The translations under genes were made by a program, and so were the position numbers. Below are positions 1-12,681 of a stretch of DNA of 64,000 bases, piece after piece (positions within the stretch are counted from its first letter, which is position 1; each line of letters begins with the position of its first letter). The notes beneath the pieces are model-generated. The model was not told the origin of the DNA and did not search any database. It worked only from the letters and a program-made list of their open reading frames with translations. Location: the NCBI GenBank assembly GCA_030704615.1, contig CM060731.1, positions 4,464,001 through 4,528,000 on the forward strand, given 5' to 3'. The stretch is from Takakia lepidozioides. Lineage: Eukaryota; Plantae; Bryophyta.

Positions 1-488
1 ATCAGCAAAAAAGAGTACACCAGAAAAGAACAACGTGGGTAAGTAACGTGGAGGTCCATAGGCAGGAAACTTAAAAGAAAACCTACGTGGCATCTATATG
101 TCCACAAGTAATGTATCTACATGGCATTAACATGGCCCGTGTTAACATTGAATCTACTACCACAATGTATTAACAAGAGAGCTCAACGGCCCCTTCTTCT
201 CTCTTGTTGAAAAAACAAAGCTGGTTCCACTGAGACTGTACATCTTCTATCAATGATGCAAAGAAAGTTCAAATGACATATATGACGTTGCTAGAGTGAG
301 GGATTATGACTACCCTTATGAAGCTTGCGGCTCTCACAATGTAATAATAATCGAAATTATAGGCTTCTCAATGATTTGCTTTCTTGTCTTAGGGTTACTT
401 AAGCCGCTTTGAGGGGCATAATAAACCCCCTTTCTGAGCAAGGCATTACAAGGCAGAGCCCCCAGCCGGAAAGCAGAGAGACAGATGA

Positions 489-1800
489 TAGGGGTTTAAA
501 CCATTGTTGTGCGAGTAAATAGATTTTTGCTTATCCTCCGGGTAAGGGTAAATTATTTATATGTCCCTTTATTTATCCTCCGGGTAAGGGTAAATTATTT
601 ATATGTCCCTTTATTTATCCTCCGAGTAAGGGTAAATTATTTATATGTCCCTTTATTTATCCTCTGAGTAAGGGTAAATTATTTATATGTCCATTTATTT
701 ATCCTCCAGGTAAGGGTAAATTATTTATATGTCCATTTATTTATCCTACGGGTAAAGGGTAAAGGCCAATATTTTTGAACGGATAAGGATAAATGATTTA
801 CCCTTTATATACCCACTGGGTAAATAAAGGATATATAGAAGGATATATAAATTTTTGGTTTGTTATGCTCAACTCAAAAAATATAAGTAATTAAATTAAG
901 GCAATCAATTTTTGTTCTATTTTTTGGTTTAGTATGAGGCTGATTGTATTATATGTTGTATAATATGAGGGACGATCGTGAGAGTGTTTCTTCACACCAA
1001 AGATAATAATCAAACAAAGCCAAATAAGACCATTTTCCCAAGGGCATAAAGCCATTTTGGTTTGTTGTAGGGAAAAAATTAAACCCTATAATACCATAGG
1101 TAAGAGACACATCCATTGGATGAGGGACGAGCCCCGTCCGATTACTAGAGAGACAGCTATATGGAATAGCGAGAGCCTAGAATTAACTAGAATAACCCGA
1201 GATCGCTGGGAAAGGGCAGGTCGAAGCCCATACCCTTCAATGATGATAAATTATGAATGCTGGAAATCGTATGCATACAGAGCGAAAATGACCCTTGTAT
1301 GTAACCGTCAGCCTACCCCCATGCCCCTCCTTGCGAGAAGCCAAAACAGTCTGGGAGAGAGGCGGAGCAGGGCGGTTGAATTGCTTGTGGAATCTGAGCT
1401 GATGGAGCTCTTTCCCGGCGATGCTTACAATTAATATCTCGATGGAATTCAGTCATGGAATTTGAAGTGCGCTCCTCCCAACATCTTTATAACTACCTGC
1501 ACAAAGTTGCGTTTTCAATTCCAAATGCTAATTTGTTTTTAACAAAAAAAATGCTAATCACACCATTCGGCCCTCCAACTCCCAAGAAAGGCTATAGTTT
1601 GTCATTTACCCTTTTGTTATTTACCCTCCAAAAAACAAATTTTCCCACGGGTAAAGGGTATATGGACCTTCAGACAGGTAAGGGTAAGAGTATCTCAGAT
1701 TATTTACCCGTCTGAAGGGTAAGGGTAAGGGTAAAGAAAATGGGCCAACCCGGGTAAATCATTTACCCTTGCCCTGATTTACCCGCCAGGTAAATCGACT
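489..1800. mobile_element. Putative degenerate non-autonomous DNA transposon (hAT-like) with gggtaa/ttaccc subterminal repeats
   Basis: Dense gggtaa/ttaccc motifs cluster at both ends (500-830 and 1600-1795). No convincing paired TIR or TSD was found. Confidence 0.35.
531..752. repeat. Tandem repeat, 42-bp unit x ~5.3 (ttatcctccgggtaagggtaaattatttatatgtccctttat)
   Basis: Units start at 531, 573, 615, 657, 699 and 741 (partial), with few substitutions. Confidence 0.95.
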
Positions 1801-2597
1801 TGTGGTAGTCTCAAGAATTTTATTGAGAAAAAAAGAATTTTTTAAATAGAAAATAAATATTTTAACTTTATTTCTTTGTGTTTGTGGGATTGAGACTTGG
1901 CATTACCCACATTAGAGGTAATGTCTTGTTGGTTCAATGCGTTCAAACTCCAAGAAGAGGCCGCATTGTGACAAGACATGACCACATTTTGCATTGTATG
2001 CATTATAGGGAAGGACCTACATATATATATTGGGATTGAATCAATTTCTAGCAATTATACCTAACCAACACCTAACTCATACCTAATTTCTAGCAATATC
2101 ACACAAAATAAAGGGTCATGTAAAGACAATGGTGCTAGTGCGGCACGCTCCAGAAAGGTAACCTAACATGTGGGTGGTAGGTAGCCCACAATTGACAATT
2201 AACAGTAACGTACTTAACATTATATAGAGTAATAAAAGGCAATGAAGGCTCTAGGAGGATGGGCTACAACACATGATATACAGGACTGAGAGCTACTTCA
2301 TCTTGGTCTTTGACGTATTCCAAAGCTACTGATCCATTCTGGTCATTGTTCCCATTCTGAACGATCCGATCTTCACTGCAGTCATCGAGGTACTTTTGGA
2401 ATCTCTACTGATCATCTTTCGTGGGTAGATAATCTGCATTGTAATCACACCCAAATTTAGGTCTCATTCACCTTGTCGTGACAAATTATTAGAGCTTCAG
2501 CATTTGAAAGAGACTAGAAAATACTGATAATGTGCTTGTGTGTATGGGAAGAAAAAGAGACTTCAACATGAATAAAGACATCTCCCAGCCAATCAAC

Positions 2598-3853
2598 ATG
2601 GGATCAGTGAGAAGAGGCGGATTGTTTTGTGGAGTTGTGATTGTGGGGCTATGGCAGTGTCTTCAATGTATCATAGGGGCTCACGCTCTTCCAAACTGTA
2701 GCTTTCCTGCTCTATATGCATTCGGGGACTCGCTCACGGACGTGGGTAATGGCATAGCTGCATTTCCGACACAATTTGCAATGTCGGAAGAATCTCCAAA
2801 TGGAATTTCTTTTCCACATCACGCTGCCGATCGTTTCTGTGATGGTCGTCTTCTTGTAGACTATATAGGTACCATTTCAACAGCTTATACAAATTATAAC
2901 TAACAACGATTTATGTACTTGCAGATTATACATTGAGTTTTTTTGAAATTCCAAGTTGAGATCTATACTACTGTATGTCCATTCTCTTGTTTTAAATATA
3001 ATATAAAATAATTTATTATTTAAAAAAACAGCTATGTCTTCTCGATCATAATATTTGAATTTATCACAAAACAATAGTATATTAACTGAATTAATCAACG
3101 GGATGTATAAATCCCGATTTTTTTCAAATGCACTTAACATAAGATTGACACCACTAACTTACATATGTTATTATAATCGCAGTTTTAACATCTACTAATT
3201 TCATATTTTCTTCAATAATGGTCAAAATTCATGTATACAACAACTAATTTGTATTTGTAATCAATAGTGATGGTCAAGCAATAGCATTTTGATCAAAATT
3301 ATCTTGACAGGATCTTAGATATGAAAATAAATCATTTCATTCTAACCATTTATATGTCCATTGTATGCAGCATTTGGTATAGGGCTTAAGCCTATTTACG
3401 CTTATCTCCGAAGTATTATACCAGACTTTACATATGGAGTCAATTTTGCTGCCTCTGGAGCAACAGCACGCAACGTTACTATGTGGAATGCTTCTGCTCC
3501 ATTCAACAGCCCATTTTCTCTCAATATGCAAGTACAATGGTTAAATCGATATAAGAATCGACTCGAATACTATTATTCTCAAACATGTAATACATTTGTT
3601 TTCTTGCAAAGTTATTTTACATGTTCGTTTTATATGTAATGTCAACAATAAAATTTAATGGGTGGACTCACTTAGTATCAATTATGGTATATATTTCATC
3701 CTGAAAGGCTATTATTCAAGCCTTCCAATGTGGCAAGAGTTCAACATGCAAATGTATTTACATAAAATTACACCAACTTTGACAATTTGACATCATCTTT
3801 AATCTAGGCTATCAGTTAAAAAGAAACAGTAAAACAAATTAATTATCATAGTG

Positions 3854-3889
<36 letters not shown>

Positions 3890-6342
3890 AATAATGAATT
3901 TAACCAATCATTTTGTGGCATTTGCAGTAATCAATCAATCTCTGCCATCTATGGCCTCACTTAATGAGTCTCTGTATATGGTGTATGGTGGCCTTCACGA
4001 CTATTTAGGTGGTTTTCTCACAAACTCCTCAACTATCGAGGAAGCGGAAACAAAAACGCCTTCAGTTGTTAGAGCAATAACAACTGTTATACAGGTAATA
4101 CTTTGTGATAAAAAAAACATTGATCGTCATCAAGGTTTAAAGATATTGTTATGACATAAGTAAATTGTTTATTGCATTCTCTTTTTCAAGATTGTCTGAA
4201 ATTACTTACACACTGCTTTACAAACCTTGATTGTAATAGGATCAATATTTATAATACAGATCCAATCAAATTATTGCCAATATATATACATATAACCAAC
4301 TTTTAGCACATTGGTAATTATGGCACAAGCCGCCTCGCTAGTAGTTGTGGGTTCACAAGTTAGATGTCTTAAAAGGTGTCCACATTTTCACCAGAAGATA
4401 GAAGCCATAATTTCGAGTCAAGTTATACCATGAGCTATCGTACTTGCTTTGGCAACACATTCACATTATTAATAATTGATCTTATTTTGTTTTTGTTTTT
4501 TTTTTGAAAATTTGAAAGGGGAGCGATTCTGCCCCTGCAAGATTTTATTTGGGCTTTATTCCTACTATTGAAATAATGGGGGTTTGCTCTCTTTTCTCAA
4601 AAAATAAAATAAAAAGAAATGAATCAACTATAATTTATATATATAAAATATGGTTGACATTCTTTGAAGTTAAATGTTTGAACGGGTCATCATTGCAAAT
4701 AACATATCACATTGTCCATGATTTTGTTAAATTATTCTATACAATATCCACAATGATACCATAATAAATTTTCCTCTAGATTGGACATCCAATTGATAGA
4801 TAGCCCAATGGTTATGGCATAATATCACTTCGAAATTGGTTGTGGGTTCAAAACCATATGAATATGTTGGATGTCATGAAAGTGTCCACCTTCCCGGTGG
4901 AAGGCTATAATCTTTTGAGATGAAGGGACACCATAAGTTAGGCTTGCTTTTGCAAAAATTCACATTTTTATGTTCATTTTTATACTTTATAATTCTAGAT
5001 TAATTTGTGTAGGATTATCATTAGATGTATGTTCATGTAGCAAGAAATTCCCAAAGTGAGTTGAAAATTTGAAGAATGTATTTGAGAATACACCTACGCC
5101 CACCGTTAGTTCTCTCTTAGGGTAAACAAATAATTTTGACACCACTTGATGGACAAGTATCATTGTAGGAAATATCAGAATGTGTTGTATAACTACTGAG
5201 ATGTCTATTTGTCCATCTTATTACATATATTTGCAGGACTTATATACATTTGGGGCCAGAAATATTTTGGTGGTGAATCTTCCACCTATAGGTTGCATGC
5301 CTGCTTTGCTCACCCTATTCCCAGGTGTGGCAAATGATTACGACACATATGGTTGCTTGAAAACATACAACGCACCCATACAGACACACAACTCATTGCT
5401 AAACACAAGCGTGAGTACATTGTGGACCAAATACACTGATGCGAACATATATTATGTGGATACATATTCTGCTGTCAACGAAATATTGGGAAATTCTACC
5501 ACCTACGGCAAGTTTTTTTTTAATTTTTTAAAAAATAGTATTAAAAATATGAGCATTTTTTTTCTTATCGATTTCTATTGATTTTATCAAATTTTGACAA
5601 TATTTAAATTTCAGAGTAGGTGCAAGCAAATGGTATATACGATATATTAATTATATCCTATAATATAGACCTTGTCCATATACAACTATATAAATATATA
5701 AAAGACATTTAGTTTTATTAGATATTTCAAATTGATGCTTTCATACAAATGCTTCGAGTATTGAAACAACTTTTATTAAAAAAAAACTTTAATTTAAAAA
5801 AATCAGGCATGATGTGGTGGTATTTTATAGGTCTTGAAATACATTCGTACATGCTTCATCTAGTTTATTGAACAACTTGTGGATTTTGTTTTAGTTATTA
5901 TAAGATTATACATATATTTGATGATAGACCCATCTTGTAAATGGAACATTACCCCGGCCTCACAAGGGAAATACATTTTTGTGTTGACTTCAGACAGCAG
6001 TATTTCTCTTTATATCTATCAACAACATGACTGATACTATTTAAATAGGGATTTTTTTGTCCAGATATAGACTACCCATTGAAAGCATGTTGCGGATATG
6101 GAGGCAATTACAATTTCAGTGCGACTTTAGCGTGCGGAGATAGCGGTACAATAGATGGAGTGGATGTGACGGTGAGTGCGTGCTCTGACCCTGAAACGTA
6201 TGGGAGCTGGGACGGCATCCATCCTTCGGACGTTCTCAATCGCGGTATTGCCTCCGCCGTTTTGAATGGTAGACACATTTCTCCTCGAGGGGGCTTGAAT
6301 TGCACACCTGATACAAGCAGCTGGTATGTTACTCATGCTTAG
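2598..6342 (+). CDS. GDSL esterase/lipase (SGNH hydrolase), secreted; exons 2598-2868, 3371-3586, 3928-4094, 5237-5507, 6065-6342
   Basis: Hydrophobic signal peptide; FGDSLTD (block I), GVNFAASGATA (II), GGLHDY (III, variant) and WDGIHP (V). Exon phases join in frame. Intron 4 has a GC donor (G|gcaagt). Alternative ATG at 2568. Confidence 0.93.
4295..4470 (+). mobile_element. Older, more degenerate copy of the same SINE
   Basis: Shares tagcacattggtaa, gttgtgggttca and aggtgtccac with the other two copies. Confidence 0.45.
4781..4970 (+). mobile_element. tRNA-derived SINE copy in GDSL intron 3
   Basis: A-box-like tagcccaatgg and B-box-like gggttcaaaacc. Colinear with the SINE at 38479-38668, including the structured 3' element gtgtc...gacac (4882-4931). 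Confidence 0.65.
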
Positions 6343-8439
6343 CCTATTAGATTTTTTTTAGAATTATGTTAATTAACCACGTACGCTAGCATTACATTTA
6401 ATGCATGAATAAATAACTAGAGTAACGTGATTTCCACTTTATCAATGTCCAGATTTGTTGGGCAAATATAGTGATGTACCTACAAAATAGAGTTCATTGT
6501 TTTCAAGTTCATTCAACATAAGAACACAAAGTAGTATTAGTATGAAGCCTTTTCCTTTAAAAATATGAACTCTAATAAATAACCATAATGGACCAGCGGG
6601 GAAATAATAAAAACCCCAAGGGGGTCATCATAAAGCAATGAAATAGCTAGTGAAAAAATCATATTTAACAAGTGAAGTTCTTAATAAGTCATTTGCTAAT
6701 ATTTTGAGACTTGGATCTTAAATTTGCAGGTACATAGCATGAATGAATCTCGTGTAAATAAAGGATCCCAAATCATCCGAGGCGTTAATCGGGAAGGTCA
6801 GAATGGCCCAGCCAATGGGGAGGGCGGGCTGGGCTGCTGGAACGTCCGAATGAGGAGGGCAGGTGTAGATCGTTGCATAGAAATAGCGGAAAGTTCTAGA
6901 CGCTTCAAGAGAAAACGACGGGGCAGTGGCCTCTGGAAAATTTGAGAAGTACCTACGATCTCGAAACTTCTTCTGGATGTAGAACGACGAGGTGGCGAGT
7001 GAGCAAGAGTGGTGGGCCAGCGCGTGCAGGGTGCAGGGTGCAAGCTACGGTAGTGGGAGCTGGTGGTGGGGCACTGACAAGGAGGTGCAAGGAACGGTGG
7101 TGGGCCCAGAGGAAGAGGCTAGTGTGGCATCGAGGCCCATGTGTTGGAAATGGTAGATGTAGTGCGAATCTTTTTTGAATGTGGTACAGCTAATTCCCGT
7201 TTACGAGAATTGTACTATATTGAGCTTGCAGACAAGGCTATTGTTGAATTGAGCCTCTCCGGTTCCGTAGATTCAATACATAGTGTTGTTACTCCGATGC
7301 AAACTTTGGTTGCTCAGCAGGTTCCCTATATCCCAGTTTCTGGCATAACTCGTCGGAATGAGCATGCATTTTAGATTTGTATGTGTTTTCCCTTGTAACT
7401 TTCAAATGTTTATTCCAGACCATCAAGTATTAAATCGTAGCGACAAATAACCCTCAAGTAATTCTGTAGAGGACATTTTTTATCTTCCCCATCGATGGCA
7501 TAAGAAGGATTCAAGTGAAGATGGTAATTGTGTGACTGCAAATGTTTCACTCATAGATTCAGCTAAGTTTAGCATATATTTATTCAAATGGTTTTATAAT
7601 CTAGTCTGAAAAATGATATTATAGCAAACTAGAATTGAATTGAAAAATCGAAGTAGTTAGCTCACATGTCAGTAGCTAACAAAGATGTTTTGATCATCTT
7701 GCCCCATTCATGATTCAATATCTAGAATAATTTATAGTCCTACTACAACAACAGTAAAGTTGTCTCATACATAGATGAGTATAGCCGAAGACGTTGTAAA
7801 TGCAGAGAGCCTCTTGGTTGTGGTACTGCCCATTTTTGGGGTTGGGCAGCTCTATCATGAGAGCCTTTTTTATCACATCGACATCTTAAACATCTGTCTA
7901 AAATCAAGTGGTCGACTTAGTATGCAATTATAAATCACAAGAGAGAACAATTTTTGAAAATACCCACTTCCAACATACAAATAAAACAGTTACTTTGACT
8001 TCGGTTAGAGTTTTTATCTTTTCTTAGAAAATATTCAATCTGGATTTAGGTATTCTGAAAGACAAATATACACCATATATAGATGTTTTTAATTTTCATA
8101 TAACAACAATAATTACTATACACAATACATCAGAGAACTAAAAATTTTATTCATCAATTTTGAAATTAAATATATTGGAAAATAATCATTCATTATAAAA
8201 TTATTTTTATAAAGTAAATTATACTATTAATTATTAAATGAACTTTGACGATGTCAGTGCATCCACCAAATTATTCTTACACGCTGGCATATAGTACATA
8301 CAACAGGCCTTTCTTCAAGAAAGAAAAGAGGAAAAAAAAAAATAACATAGATATCATCTTTAATCCATGCACACCTACTCAAGAACTTGAATGTATAAAG
8401 ATTATTATCTATTATTAAGTACATTTTTATTTATTTATT

Positions 8440-9350
8440 TGTAGAGAAAGGGACAAATAAATTAGAAAACAAGGAAAAAATAAAGAGCCATAAAAGACCA
8501 ACAAGTGAGACACTGCCCAATAATCAGGAGTTCAAAAGGCAAATCCTATTAGAGAAATACTTATGGAAAAGGATGGGAGATGATTAGAGGCTGCTGCATT
8601 TCCTTTTGCATGGCTCGAAAGAGAGATGAATCTAGATCTACTTTTTCTACAACTGCGCAGATGGCGTCAGTTAACTTCAAGCTAGTCTCCACCATCTACA
8701 AGGGAAATTCTAGCACCACTAGGAGAACTCCCAGCACACAAGGAAGATGTTGTTCCATAAAATTCGTAGTTAGGAAATTCTAGTGCTTTTTCCTAACTCA
8801 TGGCAAAACCAGCGAGTAGTCGTTGTCTTCTGTCTCTGTTGATCTGTGAAAGCTGCAAGCACAACCCTCCATGCTTTTTGAGCTTCAGACAACATGTCTG
8901 AGTAAGCTATGAACAAAAGAACTCTTGCAATATGGGGTATTATGCCATCACAGAGAAGAACATCTGATTCTCCAAATATTCCCAAGAACATGAGCATGAA
9001 GGGCTGTCCATACGAAGCAAGAGTTTCATATGGAGCCTTGAATCATGGGAATTGAGAAGTAAAAGTGAAGGATGAAGAGGTAGGTTCCTCCTCCAATTGG
9101 CATAAAAGAGGGCATTGACCCGATCCCAACTAAAAGAAACAAAGGGATATTGAACAAAGATATACTCCAAAGTCTCTGTGACCTGCGCAGAGCATACCAG
9201 AGCATAGGTGACATAAGGTGACAATACCAAAGGAGTGGTGAGAGACATGCATGATTTTATTCAGCAATTTCCAAAGAATTCCACTAATCTTCGCCGTACG
9301 ATCTAATTTCCTCCAAACGTCATTCTAGAAAAGCTTCCAGTTAATAATGA
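8440..9350 (-). mobile_element. Degenerate L1/Tx1-like LINE 3' fragment (post-RT zf-RVT region)
   Basis: Minus-strand frames give W..VW...KISGILWKLL..H, then VCSAQVTETLEYIFVQYPF..FSW (C-x2-C..ET..H-like). Many stops and frameshifts. Confidence 0.55.
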
Positions 9351-9439
9351 TGTAACCCTGTAAGACTTTATTTACAACATGTACAATGGATGAACGTACG
9401 TAGGATGAGAAGTTCCCCAAAGATGGGGATGAACAAGAA

Positions 9440-10500
9440 ATAAGAGGAAGAAAACAAAAGCTATAGTAACCTACTCAACCAGAACGACCCTCCCAGCCAA
9501 CAGCCTGAAGGAGATCATATAAAGAGATAGGCAAAGTATCACGCATAGGCGGAAGATGGGATGATGCGGAGCCAGCCACATCAGCTCGGTGCAAAATAGA
9601 TATGGCTTGTGCTCTCTGCAGCGCAACTGAAACACACTGTTGATAGTATGCCACAATGACGGAGACATGCGGAATGCCAGTGGACTTGCTCTGCGTTGCA
9701 TGATATGCACATGTCCGAAGGAAATCGTCGAAGTATGCAAGGAGCCAAATATCTCGACCACCAGTGGAAGAAATCCGTCGGTGGGGTGACGATCTCTGTA
9801 GTCGCACTCCTTGGCCCGAGCTGTAACAGCGGTTGCCTTGCCCGGTGTGCTAGCTGCCCGAGGTAGCAAATCCGCTCAAGTGGGGTTGGCGAGAACGACA
9901 TCCGCAAGGGTCCGCAAACCATCTCTAGAGAGAACGATGTCAACTCGTCGACGTGTAGAGTGGGACATGAGCGTAGGCTATAGATGAAGTTGTTCACGCA
10001 ATACATGATAGGCAGCCTCCCGAGCGATAGATGCCACCTCGTGGCGAACCACATCATGAGATGCGGTGCGCTCGACACCGTATAGGCAGCGGATCGAGGT
10101 GGATGACAAGGTCATCGATGGGCTGACGACGGACACACTGCTGAAGGCCCAATGTCGAAGGATGAGGCAAACCAAGTTGAAGGCAAAGCGCAATAGTGAA
10201 AATAAGGGATGAGAGGCGGAAATGCGCAATGGTGGGTCGTGCTGCCAACCACGTCCCTGCTAGGTCCTGCGCATGATAGAAGTCGAGCCCAATGCAAATC
10301 GGAAGAAGCACTTGAGAGCATGCCGGAAAATGAATAACGGTGCACACGCTCGGAAATGGTCTCCTGAAGATGATTGAGGCTTTGAGCAACCAGCTGCTCA
10401 AATGGTGGGAGACATGCTCGTGCCGGTGCCGGAAGAAGATCCCGTCCAGAGCGGAGATGCTGCTGGAAAGGTAAATTGTCACTTGAAGCGTGTATCACCG
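9440..10500 (-). mobile_element. CRE-like non-LTR retrotransposon 3' fragment with zinc knuckle and restriction-like endonuclease
   Basis: Frameshifted peptides AGTWLAARP, ERTASHDVVRHEVASIARE, RRVDIVL..DVVLANPT, AKE..YRDRHPTDGFLPLVVEIFG and VSVALQRAQA, typical of the CRE-clade C-terminus. Confidence 0.8.
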
Positions 10501-12681
10501 TTTGTGAGAGAATTTGCGATCTCGGGATAAGGGTGGGTGGAGCAGAAAATATCCCATTTTAACCTGCAAACAAGCAAAAAAAAAATCGTGTTTTCTTAAC
10601 ATCCAAATCCACTCTCCTGGATCAATTGAAGCAGAGTAACATGCACTTTTACAAACCATTGGAAGGAGTGAGAGTAGTGATGTAAATCATTCAGCATGAG
10701 AGGATTAAATTTGACCAGAGCTTAAGCAAAAGACTCTTATAGAGCATATGCCAGATTCGGCAATGGAGCATCTATAAGATGAGAAGAGTGTGCCAGCCTT
10801 GTCCACCCTAAATTTCTATCCATCAAACATCATCTTTTCTTAAAATGCGATGAAGCCATCCATTTAATTCCTACAATTATCATAAGAGATTTTAACATAG
10901 ACATCTTACAACATATTATTCTTCGCCCATGCCCATTTGCAGAAGTTACCTTCACCAATCGGTACCGATATATACTCCTCCATACATGAAACTAACTCAC
11001 ATAACTCCGCAAATAAATTATAATAACACTTTATACATACAAACATGTGCTAATGGAACCTTCCTTGCTAATAATTGCGACGTTCTTCATGGTTACAAAG
11101 TTTGGACCTCCATACCCTTTTATAAATAAAAAATAAATGAAAGTTATGTTGGTGTAGCATACTAAAATATGGTTCCCTTTTTCTTAGTGACGGATGATAA
11201 TTACTTTGTTCTATGGAAGAGGGAAAATATATAAAGTTTCTAAGGGCTACCTCCCCTTTCGCTAAAAGAAAAAAGACAAAAAACAAAAAAAAAAAATATA
11301 TATATAACCCTCGAAGGCCATGAAGGCAATCTTAGCTAAGGGAATTGCCTTGGATTTTTTGTCTATAGGCCTACCTCCCAGAAAAACAGCAGATAATTGG
11401 CAGACTCTGTTCATCTCCATCGAGCCGAGCAAATGTAAGTTGGTGTCTGTGTCATCCATGGATGAAGCCCCGCACGCGTGGAGGGCGTGCAAGAGAGCGC
11501 GACGATTCCATGCAGCCAACGCCTGGCAGGCAGCCATGCTGCCCACTGCCATTCTGCCACATGCGAATGAACCCCTCTTACTCGGTCTCGTCTCTTTCTG
11601 GATTCTGTGTGCTGCTGCTCTCTTTCGAGCTCTGGGGATCGTGTGATAGCAGGTTGGTTTTCTTTTCTCTCCGTATTCTGCTTCAAAATTCCCCTTTCCC
11701 TTGTCGCTCTTTGTTGAGCTATTGTTTCTTCTCTTTCTCATTTCTCAGTTGTGTACTTTGATAATTTCTTTTTCGGGATACACGCGCACCTCTGCATTGG
11801 CTCTGAATTTTTTTTTTTAAATGTATATTATGCCATAGGTCTTTGTTGGGGCTAGTCTGGCTCGCTGGGTTGAATTGTACCGCCAGCTCCTCTTCACGTA
11901 AGCTATATGTCCATCGGGTCTCCATCTTCTTTAGAAACAATTCTCCTGAGGTGAGGAATGAGTGATGTGAGGCATGAAGAGCTGTTACGGAAAAATATTT
12001 GGGTTGAAACTTGCACGAGTCTGTTGAATTATTGTGTTTGGGACAAAGTTTTCGATTCTTTCCTTAACGAGCCATCTTTGCCCGTGGCTTGTGGGGACTT
12101 GAGAATGGGGGCGTCAGTTAAAGAGAAATAGAAGCTGCCACAGACATTTCAGAGCTTTCAGTAACTTAGAAGTTACCAGAGGATATACAGCTACGAGGGA
12201 GTAAGATGTTGGCTCAGAAAAAAAATGCCGAAGTGTTGCTGTTTGGGTTGTTTTTGAACGGTTGAAATTAGTACCCAAGAAGTATCAGAGCAGATTTAAA
12301 TGCTGGAGTTTGGAGATATGGCCAGAGAGCACAAGGAATGTTCTGCAGGTGTCACGTTTGGGAGGATGTTAGAGAGAGGAAAATTTAATTAGAGATATGT
12401 TTGGAGACGGACTCTCCTCGAAGTTTTTGACAATTTGTCTCATCACAACTGCAGGCTGGCACTGTGTTTGCTAGGAGATTATCATAAATTTGGGCCAGTG
12501 GATTGGCAAGGAAGGCAAATAATTTCATCAATAAGCTTGAGGAGATTCAGGGAAGCTCAAGGAAACGGCCAGCAGAGAATTACCATGGTTGCAAATTTCT
12601 TGAAAAGGGAAGGACATTTGCCTCGGTGCTGTGGCCATGTTGAGTTAGGAATGGTGACATAGCAGCAAGGAAAAATTGAGG

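Noticed and set aside
531-752. Regular repeats resembling a CRISPR array or telomeric tract
   Set aside because: Head-to-tail 42-bp units with no unique spacers, not TTTAGGG, and a eukaryotic context without cas genes.
1057-1715. 125-aa and 86-aa ORFs
   Set aside because: No family motifs. They lie inside a probable non-autonomous TE, and a BED-finger-like trace on the minus strand is too weak to call.
11262-11761. Overlapping 90-160 aa ORFs on both strands
   Set aside because: No recognisable motifs. The CT-rich context fits the promoter/5' UTR of the SKIP35-like gene.
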